64,000 bases of DNA from Macrostomum lignano. Its lineage: Eukaryota. The position numbers and the translations under genes are program-made. A model generated the notes under the pieces. That model searched no databases and was not told the origin of the DNA. It was given only the letters and a program-made list of their open reading frames with translations. Shown one piece after another: positions 42,414-55,200 of the stretch; position 1 is the first letter of the stretch, and the number at the start of each line of letters is the position of its first letter. The stretch is from positions 154,191 through 218,190 of the forward strand of contig NIVC01000798.1 of the NCBI GenBank assembly GCA_002269645.1. The letters are read 5' to 3'.

Positions 42414-44432
42414 ACAATTGTAAAAAAGTTCACATTTAATTATTTTTCAACTTAAATGAATACCAATGCATATTTATTATGATAGGAGACATTTAATGAC
42501 AAAAAAGTTCAAAAACATTCCATAACTTGTTGGGTTGACAATGATATAATTTAAGTAAGCCTGGGTTAAAGCAGGTAATAGGCTCTAGTGCTAATCTAGT
42601 AGAGTATCCAACCAAATTGCTTTGTGGGATGAAGCTTGTGCCACATGTACTCTTCTAAATATATCTTAGAGTTGTTATGCTGTGTATGGCCTGTAGCTTT
42701 GCCTTGTAACATACATGCGCAATAGTTGGCCAAGTTGACGAATCAAGCTGACCAATTTGGCGGCCAACCAAGGTAAGTTGCAAAATTGCCCACCCAAATA
42801 AATACCCAAGTAATACTAAGTAGATAATGAGGCATTTTGCCTTAATAAGACAGTCATAGTGACTCTTGCTATTTATCCAAAGTTGTATTAATTTTGCTTT
42901 AGGGTTTCTTTTATATGTAAGTTGCATTTTTGGCCAAAACTACATTCACCTTTTTTTGTTAAAACTAAGTCATATTGCCAACCAATTTTGGAGGTTGTGC
43001 ATGTATGCCTGCTTCAGTCGCTGCTTTGCTATGCCTTGAGCATGCACTACCCTGATACTATATTGACTAGGGACCTGATGACTTGCACTGGTGTTCTTGC
43101 ACTTAGTTGCACTATTTATAAATGTTGTCAGATGTTACTTGGTCACTGCCTAAGAAGCCACAGCTGCAGCAAGCAAAATCTTCTAGCGCTGGCTCTCTTG
43201 CATCAGCTCACTGAGTGCCTGCGCCATGGCCAAGGCCAAACTGTAATGCTAAATGATACGTTTCTGACTGACTTGCAGGCCATCGGGCTCAGCCCCCAGT
43301 CTGCCATGACTTGCCCCTCTTGGTTGTTCTGCAAATGCGTTTGTGCAAAGTCTAGCTAGATCTCTTTTTGTCTGTGCTACTCTGTGCATTGCTATATATA
43401 TATATATATATATATATGTGTGCCTTGCAGTATACCCATATCCCTTTAATCAGGTTATTATGCACTGTTAGGTCCTAGGGATACACAAAGGCCAGCTGAT
43501 AGGTCATGACTACATACTTGGCAGCTATGCATAGGCCTGCTAACTGTCTGTGATAATAGCTTCCAACAAGTACATGTTGCTATATGATTAGTAGCAATAT
43601 AGCAGCCATATGGTTATTGATAGACAAATATACACTTAGGTGCACTATGCTCAATCATGCCTAGAACCCACTGACTATGCTCATGCTGTCCCTGGTGGTA
43701 CTTATGATAAAATAATTATGACTCATCAATTTCTGTCATGTTTAGGACCACCAAGCTACATTTGGTGGTCAATGAGATAGGCACATGTCTCAAATGAAGT
43801 TCTACCAATCCACAGCAGTGGACCTTGACACCTTGTTTTGCTAGGCACACTTGTTGCTTGGCATCTATTGCCTACTAGAAGAAGATCAGGTTGACAATCT
43901 ACTTGAGCTGCAGACAACTTGCTTCAAAGAAGGAACTTTTGCATACAGAGGCCTAGAGTTTTGGACATGGTAGTTAGGACATGCCTATGCAAAACCATCT
44001 AAAACTATCCTACTAAGGCAGGATTGGCATATGCACTAATTGGCTAGTAGGTGGTACATAGCAAGCCAGTTAATGATGTCCTATGGTGTGGCTATTAGGT
44101 TGGCTAGCTCACGCATTGTAAAATCTATATTACAGAGCTCCTAGGTCTGATGTAACTACCCTGGGGGTACAATGAAGGTTTGTACAAGTGGACATTCAGC
44201 CATCTAGTCACTGCAAGCAATGATCAAGGAAAATAAATTGAAACTTACTAAAATAAAGGTTTGTAACAATTACACAGTTATAATTAAAAAATCAAGGATT
44301 GCCCAATCTAAAACTATTATTATTGTCACTAAACTGAATAGTTTTGTGTCATTAAATGTGTCTTCTATCACAAAAATATAGTTTGGTGTTCATTTAAGTT
44401 GAAAAATAAATCAATGTACACTTTTTAAATTG
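42414..44432. mobile_element. Heavily decayed ~2-kb TIR element of unknown family
   Basis: 42414-42510 (CAATTGTAAAAAAGTTCACATTTAATTATTTTTCAACTTAAATGAATACC...ATTTAATGAC) aligns with the reverse complement of 44340-44432. The higher-GC, stop-riddled interior (43000-44220) looks like a degraded coding region. Confidence 0.6.
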
Positions 44433-47400
44433 CCCCCTTTTTGTATATCTAGGCTAGGGTCTAGACTATATTACTTAGGCCCTATTCCAAATTTCCTAGA
44501 AAATTTAAATGCTATAAATATATAATATATACATTCTACTTTTTATATTAATAGTGGTTTCTAAATTATTTGTTATACTATTTAAATAAATAAAAATGTA
44601 GAGATCCTAGATTAGTCATTATAATACTTTGTTGTGTTTAAATAGAAAGGAATATTTTTAGTTACTTTATTAGTTGGCTAATTATAAAGCAAAAATTATG
44701 GTTATAGGTTAGTTTATTAATTGGCCTATTATATTATATATTTATATGTTCTTCTTAGTCTTCTATTTTCTTTTCCTCTCTGTCTAACTTTGCAATCTGG
44801 TCTTTTATAGCAGCAGCAATAGCATATGCTTGCTCTTAAGCCAGATAAGCTGCTGTATCCTATATTGCTTTTAAATGCTTCTTAGATTCTAAACTTGCTT
44901 GTTAAACTAACTGATGTTCATGATATCCTTGATCTTCAATATATTGATAGAAACAATGTAAATAAGGCAGAGCAAATAAATTGCCATTAGACTATTTAGT
45001 AATAGGTCCTATAGCCAATTTCTATATTTGCACAAAATTTTGTATTTAGTTTACTTATATTGTGCTCAATATTAGCATGCCTTAACTCTTAACTCCAATT
45101 GTAATATATCAATCCTATTAATATAGCAGGCCATGAAGCATAATTGCCTCTTAAGACACTTTCATTTGAGTCTGTCACTACCAAATGGGTTGGCAAATTT
45201 TGCAGCTTGCAATACCCACAACTTCATTAGCAAGTAATAGAACAAGGCCACTTGTAGAGTTAAATAGAACAAATTAGTTAAAGAAAAGTGAACCTTAGAA
45301 AATTTGAAATAAAAGCCAACATTATGGTATTGCATGTAATTTTCTAATTGTGATATATTTGCCAAATTCTGAGCATAAGGTATTCAAGTTTTATGCTTCT
45401 TTGCCTTTTCAATATACTTCTATTAAATGGAGCTGCTAGCTACAGTGTAAACCAATGGCAATGCAAAGATTTTTTAATTTTAACTTCTAAGTTTAACTTT
45501 TAATTTTAACTTTTTAACTTTTAAAAAGTTGAAAATTTGTGACTCAGCTGACTTAAAAAGCTAGAGTGGAGTTAGGTAGAGCTTATAAACCCTAAGTACA
45601 ACATTATATCTAGGGCTTTTAGATATTGGAAAACTTGCTAAACTTTAGGCTTCCTCTTTTCAATCTCAAGAAAGCAGCAAAGCTGCTAGCAGCAAGTTGT
45701 ATAACTGAATATAGCAATTCACTATGTCTATAACTTATAACTATTCTTTATACACCTTAGCAACTACAAAGGTGTCTTCCTGAGCTTTTTCCTAGGTTTT
45801 ACAAAAGTCATTAGCAGTCTTGGCATAGCAAAAATAGTTATAGACTTGAGAAAGACTGGTATCAAATAGTGCCTTATTTTATCCAAAAAGTGGCAATATT
45901 TTTCAAAGTAGTGCCAGTTTTGGGTATTTTTTAAAGCACTTTGTTGGATTAGCCACCAAAATTTGGCATTGGTATAGTGCCACGTAGTGTCATATTTAAT
46001 TGTTAATATTAATAGTGCCAAATGTCTTTTACAGATAGTGCCAATTTTGGATACTATATGAAGAACTAGTTTGGCACTAGAGCCAGATTTAGGTACTTTT
46101 GAAATGCTATATAGTGCCAAATTTTTAGTAATAAGTATAGTATATTATATAGCATTCAGTATATAATACAAGTATTATAGTATTGCAAGTGAATTAAATT
46201 TGTAGCTCCTAGCATGCAAAGCTTATCAAAAAGGACAAAAGCAATGTCCTCTAGTCTTTAGGCCTAAAAGGAAATATCAGTTAGCATGTTTCCTCACTTG
46301 ATATTTAGTGTATTCCTTAGTTTCCTTATTTCTCATTTTAGGAACAATCTTCTTTTGATTTCCTTACTTTATAGGGTTTATACGATTGAAATATTAGTTT
46401 ATATACTTTTTGGACTCATATAGCCATTAATTGTTTCATGAACTGAAATAATATTAGAACTAAATAGATTTCTTCTTTTTTCTCTTATCTCTCTAATTTA
46501 GTTATTATATATTACTAAGCAGACTTTATTGTTGAAAGAAACTTAAAAAATCATTCAATATACAATTATTTGCCAAACAAGAAAAGTGTGAATTTTAATT
46601 AGAATAAAATTGTCATACAAATAAAAGGAAATATATTGTTTTTAAACAATGAAAAGAATAAAAAAGCTTCAATGCATAGAGCAAAATACTAAATAAAAAA
46701 GCTTTATAAATTTTAATGCATTAAATTAAAAGCTTTGGACTATTAGATGAACTTTGTCTTTTAGGTTTGGCTTCTTTGGCTTCCTGTAAATCAGGCCCAT
46801 TTCTAGGCTGATAATGAATAGATGCTAAGCATAGAGGATATTGTAGACTATTAGGGCCACTTTTATAGGATTGTATAATTATATTGGGAAATTCTAAAAA
46901 AGTTTAGTTTGGATAGGTTAAAACCTTATAGTACAACTTTTGAAACAAACAATTAATAGGTAGATATTATTTTAATGCAAAAAAGTTTGCTTTTGAGGCA
47001 AGAAAGTAGGTCAAACAGCCAAAAGGAAAGTTGTCATAATGAAAGTGCTGATTATACAGAATTACACAAAGCTGCATTGAAATTTTTAATTGAACTTCAG
47101 CATTATTTAAATGAGTAAAAATGAGCTAAACCGAGCCTTAGCTCAGATAACATTGAAATTTATGGTATTTTAAAAGATTCTTTTAAATAAAAAAATAATG
47201 GAAATGTTTAAAATTGATTAAAAAATTCCTAACAAATTTAATTAATTATTAAAAAAATTCAAGAACTTATTTGTATGTTAAAACAACTTTAAGATTAAAA
47301 TAAACTACTAGCTAAGTATTATAATAGTTGATCAAATTGTTTGGTAATTTCATTAGCAACATTGTTAAATATTAACAAGGCATAAGCATTTGTTAGTACA

Positions 47401-48189
47401 TTAGTAGTATATTCTAGAGGTTGGACAAGTAGAAAATTTTGGTTGGACATGAAATTTTATAAAATTTTCAAAGTTGGGCATGATTGTGATTGTGAATGTG
47501 AATTCTCCTTCATTTATTATGCATACATGTATTATGAGCTTGTAAGTTACAAGTGTAGAAAGTAGCAAAATTAGCAAAGGAACCATTATATATTAGATAC
47601 TCAGTAATGCTATCAAGTCAACAAATATAAAATATATTACTGCTTTATACATTCGTGTTCATGCTTTTATTTTAGTAAATCAAATAGAAACATTACAATT
47701 TAAATAAAAAAGTTAAGCAGAAACTCACAAGCTCATGAATTTTATTTAAAGGAAATGGTCATGAATTCACAAAATTGTGATCATATCCAACCCCTAGTAT
47801 ATGCTTGACAACTTAATGTAAATGTTGTTACAACTTTAATAGTAGCAACAAAAGATAACAAATAATATCTTTGAACTTTAGAGAAAAATATTGAATGTTT
47901 GTTACATTTAAAAAAAAGCTTTCTAAAAATGATTTGTAAAAACCAAAATAAAAGTAACTCAACTATTTTTGTAAAAATCTAGATAGATGCATTTTGCACA
48001 TGCATTTTGGGACTGTGGATTGTGGAGTTTAGGAGTTAGGAAGTTAAGAAATTTGTTGAGCTAAAGGGCTATTGAGTTTAGTGTTGTTATTGTTGCATGT
48101 GCATCTATAAACACCTAGTATTTAATTTTGAGCATATTATTATTTTGTTTTGTTTTAACATTCAGTGTTTTTGGGCACTACATGTCTAT

Positions 48190-48780
48190 GCAACTAACTT
48201 TGCGATGGCACTATCTTTTTTGAGTGTTGGTATCATTGAGAAGCTCTTTTACTACTTCTACAAGCTGACTAAATGCTCGCTGCAAACTATTGTACACGGG
48301 ATGGAGAATGCAGTCGCCAATTGCAACTAAGTTGGGTGCCAATTCTTTGAGAAGTGCCATGAGTCCTCCAACATTACCACGCATTATATTTGCACTGCCT
48401 GATATGATTGAAATGCACTAACGGGGCTTCGAGTTCCGGCTGCCCAGTATTTCAAGCACATTCTCCTTCAAGGCCTCAGCAGTTGCTCTGGGATGTTGAG
48501 CCCAAAAAAGAGAGTCTGTCATCACCTGGCACTGGTTGTCTCCCAGATGACGGACTATTGCAACAAGCCACTGCTAACTTCTCACTCTGCTGCACTTCTT
48601 TTAGCACTTCCTTCTGCAGCTTAATACTGCCCTGTAGTGATGCGAACTCGTGCTGTTTTCTTGCTATCTTGAGTATCATTAACAATAGAGTCTGCTAGAA
48701 GGAATCGCAGATGATGCTCAGCAAACATGATGGCAAGACGTATCTTGGCATCCATCTACTTGTCAGGTGGCCAAGTGCTT
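48190..48780 (-). pseudogene. hAT-family transposase relic
   Basis: Minus-strand fragments IRLAIMFAEHH, ATAEALKENVLEIL and SGSANIMRGNVGGLMALLKELAPNLVAIGDCILH resemble the hAT D-x-A-x-x-M-x-G...CxxH region. Interrupted by stops and frameshifts; the expected Asp appears as Gly. Confidence 0.6.
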
Positions 48781-49230
48781 TTCAGCCTTGCTTTTCATCT
48801 TTTCTTCACATAAACTGTATTCTTGTACAACTTGCAGTCCACAAATCCAGTGGATTGCACATATCAGGCACCCAGGCAGTTGCCATTCAAACCTTTCTAG
48901 CTGGCATGCTCATCTTTCCATGCTGGGCATCGGGACTCCTTCTCACGTACTGGTCACTACTTGTGTTTGGCTACTAATACTAACTTACTAATACCTTTCC
49001 AATTTTACTCTATAGTGTACCCTAGAGCTGTATACTGTACACAATATGTAACTATAAAAAAAATAGAACACAGAGCTATACAAACTATAAAATAGTTTAA
49101 AATAATAACATTAAATTGACACTTCTGAGCAATAAATTATTGCATTTTGACTAGTATTGCTACAATATTCAAACTGAATTCACTGTTACAGCATCAAGCA
49201 ATTCCATGATTTGCTTTGCAATTCAAACTT

Positions 49231-52200
49231 ATGGCAAGGAAAAGTAAGAAATCTGCTCGAGGAAAGAAGCAATCAGCAAAGTCATCATCAAGGTAAGTCA
49301 ATTTCGGAAGCCTATTTTTATTGTCTAATTAAATAATTTACAGTTAAGAATCGTTTATTGCGTAAATCTTGTAAATTGGTTTGATATGTATGCAATACAT
49401 TATGTTAGACATTAATATACATCTATAAGTTCGGAAAAATTGCAGTTTTTAATTAGCTTTGCATTTCTGCTTTTCAGACGTAGCACTTCGAGTGCAGCGA
49501 GCAGCTCAATCGCCAGTTCGGTAAGTCACTCACTCGTCACACTTAGTTTCACTTTTTATTCTTAGATTAGAGCTTCCGAAGTTGACTGTAAAGTTTAGGG
49601 ATTGAGAGGAGTTTAGGGACTGTGGAGTTTAGGGACTGTGGAGTTTAGGGACTGTGGAGTTTAGGGACTGTGGAGTTTAGGGACTGTGGAGTTTAGTGAC
49701 TGTGGAGTTTAGGGACTGTGGAGTTTAGGGACTGTGGAGTTTAGGGACTGTGGAGTTTAGTGACTGTGGAGTTTAGTGACTGTGGAGTTTAGGGACTGTG
49801 GAGTTTAGGGACTGTGGAGTTTAGGGACTGTGGAGTTTAGGGATTGTGGAGTTTAGGGACTGTGGAGTTTAGGGACTGTGGAGTTTAGGGACTGTGGAGT
49901 TTAGTGACTGTGGAGTTTAGGGACTGTGGAGTTTAGGGACTGTGGAGTTTAGTGACTGTGGAGTTTAAGGACTGTGGAGTTTAGGGACTGTGGAGTTTAG
50001 TGACTGTGGAGTTTAGGGACTGTGGAGTTTAGGGATTGTGTAGTTTAGGGACTGTGGAGTTTAGGGACTGTGGAGTTTAGTGACTGTGGAGTTTAGGGAT
50101 TGTGTAGTTTAGGGACTGTGGAGTTTAGGGACTGTGGAGTTTAGGGACTGTGGAGTTTAGGGACTGTGGAGTTTAGGGACTGTGGAGTTTAGAGACTGGA
50201 GTTTAGAGACTGGAGTCTAGGGACTGTGGAGTTTAAATATTAGGAAGTTTATAAATTCGTGAAGTTGAAGGCCTGTGGAGTTTGGTGTTGTTAAAAGTGC
50301 CTCAAGAAGAGTCCAGACTAATAACCGCGATTGCTGCAGGCCGCCGATCGCCAGTCGCGCGGCAGCAGGAAGTCTCCGCACCGCCGGGACAGCTCTGAGA
50401 CGCAGCAGCGGCGGCAGTCTCAGTCAAAAGCCAAGCGGCACAGCCAGCCGTCGCGGTCTCAATCGGCCGTTGCGGCGTCGCGAAAGCGAAAAATTAGCAA
50501 ATCGGAGCCTCTGTTGGAGGATAGTGAAAGCAGCAACAGCAGCAGCAGAAGCAGAGCCAATAGCCGGTCACAGCCGGCTGCCACCAGAGTGTTGCGCTCC
50601 GCTTTCAGGCGTCAAGCCCGCGAACAGGCATCGCTGGCGTCTCCCCAGCAGCAGCAGCCGCAGCCTAGCGAGCAGCAGGCTAACAGTTCGGACTCGGCTC
50701 GTCAGGCCAGTTTAAGGTTTGTTTTCTGTTAATGCATTTGCTTTGCCTCCTGCTGCTTTTGTCTGCCTCTCCTGTTCTTTCACTGTTCCTGTCTTTTCTT
50801 TGTCTGTCTGCTTCCGCCTCTGTCTGCCTCTGACTGACCGTCTATCTGTCCTGTGTCTGACTGTCTGTCTATCTGTCCTGTGTCTGACTGACTGTCTATC
50901 TCTCCTGTGTCTGACTGACCGTCTATCTGTCCTGTGTCTGACTGTCTGTTTTTTCCTGTCTAACTGTCTGTCTTTCCTGTGTCTGACTGTCTGTCTCCTG
51001 TGTCTATCTCTCCTGTGTCTGACTGTGTCTGTCTTCTGTTTTCCTGTCTCTATCTCTCCTGTGTCTGACTGTGTCTGTAGTGTCTCCTATGCCTGTCTGT
51101 CTCTTGTCCACTATATTAAATTATCCATAAAATGTGCATTCAAAGTGCAATTTTCATATGTACCTTTATTATAACATACATAGCGCTCTACTGTTAGTAG
51201 CTAAAAACACCCAATCATCCGCTTAGAGTATTATAGTCTTGTATATTCCAAATCTCGCCTTTATAGGAGCGCATGTAAAATAATCCTTGTGATTCTTTCC
51301 TGCCCTGTTTCTAACAGTATTAACCTTCCCTTGGCGTCGCTGGCCTTACAAAGCGGGCCCCAAGCAAGCATTTTTCTTTTTGCACCGCTAATCTACTAAT
51401 CTGGCACTGCCGCAGCTATTAGCTGCATTGCCTTCTGCTTCAAGCCAGCTGCTTAGCCGCCCCCGGACGTGTTCTTTCTTTTTTCCGCTTAGCTTCGCAG
51501 TCTTTTCAAAATCTTCCTCACTTCTCGTGTTCCCCTTTCTGACCCTTTCGCTAATACTCCTTAATTGACGTCCTAATAGCTCACAGCTGCTTGATCTGCC
51601 CGTCACTGCCTACGTATCTGCCTGCATCTGTAGCTGTGTACGTGATTGCCCGCATTTCCCCATCTCGTCCCATCTTTCCCGTTCTCGTCCTCATCTCTCC
51701 TCATCTATTCCCATCTCTTCCCGTCTCTCTCAGTCTCTTCCCGTCTCTCCCCATCTCTCCTCATCTCTTCCCATCTCTCCCTATCTGTCCCTATCTCTCC
51801 CCGTATCTCCCCATTTCTCCATACCTCCCATCTCTCCCCATTTCTCCTCGTATCTCCTCATTTCTCCCCGTCTCCCCTCATTTCTCCCCACCTCCCATCT
51901 CGTCCCCATCTCTCCCGTCTCTCCCATCTCTCCCATCTCTCGCCGTCTCTCTTCATTTCTCCCCACCTCTCATGTCTCCCCATCTCCCATCTCTTCCTCA
52001 TCTCTCCTCATCTCTCCCCGTCTCTCCTCGTCTCTTTCCCATCTCTCCCCATCTCCCAACTCTCTTCATCTCTCCCCGCATCTGCTTATCTCACACAATC
52101 TCTTCCTGTCTCCCCTGTCCATCTATTTTCTTGCCATCGCCTTCCATCTGTCAGATATCGAATTTCTTTGTCAGTAAGTATCTAAACTGTGGGTTCTTTA

Positions 52201-55200
52201 AACAAAAATCAACCAAGCATTTGCAATTTTTCATACTGGTAATCAAGCCCAGTGAAGCATACATTGTCAAGATTTCTCTGCACTTCAGACAATATCCAGC
52301 CACTCAGCTTCCAAGCCTCTTCTTGTCCCTGCTGTTGTCCCCTGCCCTGCTTGCAAGTTTTGGTTGTGCAGAAAATTTATTTCTTATTATGTTTGGCTTG
52401 TCCGTTTCTATTATTAGAGTGAGTTTTGTTGAAGTTTCTTTACAGAATATAACAGCTTCTGTGTTGTTTTTCGGTTTTTTCAGCATAGCTACTCACATGC
52501 TGTTGTTATTCTGGCTTCTCGTGTTTGGTCTTGCCTAAAGCTCACTCTTAATAACTAACCTTGCATTCTAACGGTGTGTGTGTGTGTGTGTCCTGTCTTC
52601 TTCTTTTCTCTTGCCAATTGCCAATAAACAAATCCTTGAGTTTTAAGATTTTTTATCCTTTCAGACCCGGAGTTCACACTGACAACATTGTTTTCTAAAT
52701 GCTGGAGAAATTCTCGAAAATTGTTTATCCGACTCGATTGGATAAATTAATTCTCCCACTCTCATTATCACTCACTCACTCTCGATCACTCATTCTCTCA
52801 CTCCCATTTTCTCACTCGTTCACTTACTTTCATTCACTCACTCATTCATTCATTCATTCACCCACTCATTCACTCACTCCCATTCTCTCACTCTCGTTCA
52901 CTCACTTTCATTCAATCACATTCGTTCACTCACGCCCATTTTCTCACATTCGTTCACTCACTTTCATTCACTCACTCCCATTCTCTCACATTCGTTCACT
53001 CACTCCCATTCTCTCACATTCGTTCACTCACTTTTATTCACTCACTCCATTCTCTCACTCGTTCACTCACTTTCACTCTCACATTCGTTCACTCACTTTC
53101 ATTCACTCACTTTCATTCTCTCACACTCGTTCACTCACTTTCATTCTCTCACACTCGTTCACTCACTTTCATTCTCTCACACTCGTTCACTCACTTTCAT
53201 TCTCTCACTCCCATTCTCTCACACTCGTTCACTCACTTTCATTCTCTCACATTCGTTCACTCACTCCCACTCTCTCACACTCGTTCACTCACTTTCATTC
53301 TCTCCTTCCCCTCTTTCCCTCTCTCACACTCGTTCACTCACTCTCATAAACTTTTTGTTGTATTAAAACTTAACTTGCTCGTTCCAGAACTGGCTTTATT
53401 CATTTATTGGGTGCCAGTAAAGACTTTCTGTTCCGAGGTTAGGCTACGGGCTGTTTAAGGACAAGTAGGGAGTTGCCGCGAGCGCACATGACGCGCAGTA
53501 CAGTAGGGGCGGGAGAGGCCTGGATTCTGTTTATAATTGGCCTGGATGGGTACCTTGGCTACCTGTCTGAAATAGCACTACAATATTGAGACTGTGCAAT
53601 TGCAAGTTTTGCTCGTATCTAGATAGGTAGATAGATGAAGTATATATAAAGGTAATTTGTCTATTTGAACACCAAACTGTTCAGCTAAAAGACCCCGAGT
53701 GCGGTCAGGTTAGGAAAAGGTCTTGGCTGGTAGGGCGGTACCCTGCCCTCAGTTTTCATTTCTTTATGGTCGATTCCCATTGGCTCGGCCTGTCTCACCC
53801 TCTGCCTACCCTTCACTCTCTCTCCACCTCTCTCCCCTTTGCGCACAAGGCGACCTAGACGGATCAGCTGATCGGTCTGTCTGAGCAATATACCTACTCT
53901 TGTACGTACACAGCGTGCTTTGTATTGCTAGGAGCAGCGCGTGTGTGTTTAGTACCTTTGTGTGTGACCCGCCCGCCTGCCTGCGTGTCCTCAAGCCAGA
54001 TTTCTTCTGTCTATAACCGTGTGCGCGTGTGTACCGCATTGAACACTGTTGTTGGCTCCCCGGGTATTGGGCAGAGTGAAACAGAGTGCATCGCCTGCTG
54101 AAGTTGGGGGGTAGAGTGGCGGTCCGCCCTCCTCTCTCCCTCTCCGCTCGTCCCCCTCTATCCGATCTCTCTTTCCTACGTGCCTCTCTTCAAAATAAAA
54201 AGCACTTTTTTTCAACGCCCAACCATTTGCCGTTCAGGCAGCTCCAGTTTTTTAATATATTTTCTCCGTCCTATCTCGCTTTCAAGCCCCTCACTATACT
54301 AGTTCGGCTCGTGTCTCCCTGCTCTCTTTACCTAAGCCGTTTCAGTCTGCACCGCCCTGATTAGTCAGGGTCTCATAAGGCTGCTGTGTGCTTGCCTGCT
54401 TGCGCGCGTACTAAAAAAACACACAGTCAGCTCAACTCTCACAGAGCTGCGCGCCTGTCTACCTGGGTGGTGCAATATTATATCTGTCTCGTACTTGAGC
54501 TTTCCTAAATCGCCATACACAGATGGCTAACGCTCTGATAATTCTCCAGGCCTATTCTGCTTGCCGCAAATTTAGTACATCCAGTCCTATTATTAGTATA
54601 TAGAGCGCAATCCTAATCGAAGAGTAAGAGAAATTGAATCCAATCCGGCTGATTTTCGATCAACGCGCTGACTTACAGATCCGTGCCATTGAAGAAGCGG
54701 GCGCGGCTAACCACAGCCGAGGAGGCCAGCGATACAAACGCCAACACGGGCAACTGCGCTGCCGTAACTAAGTGAGTATATTTTGTTTGACTGTTGCATT
54801 TCCTATTCTATTGATCACGTCTATGCATTTTTAACTTCCTGTGAGATAATCGCCCCTGAACCAACCATCCCTGTGAGAGAATCGCTCCTGAACCAACCAT
54901 CCCTGTGAGAGAATCGCCCCTGAACCAAACAGCAATGCGAGAGAATCGCCCCTGAACCAACCATCCCTGTGAGAGAATCGCTCCTGAACCAACCACACCT
55001 GTGAGAGAATCGCTTCTGAACCAACCATACCTGTGAGAGAATCGCCCCTGAACCAACCATACCTGTTAGAGAATCACCCCTGAACCAACCATCCCTGTGA
55101 GAGAATCGCCCGTGAACTTACCATAACTGTGAGAGAATAATTCCTGAAGCAACCATAGCTGTGAGAGAATCGCCCCTGAACCAAACAGCCCTGTGAGAGA

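Noticed and set aside
52665-52700. Poison or terminal exon in a TRIP12 intron (good acceptor, early stop)
   Set aside because: No convincing downstream donor or poly(A) signal; acceptor-like sites are common in this pyrimidine-rich intron.
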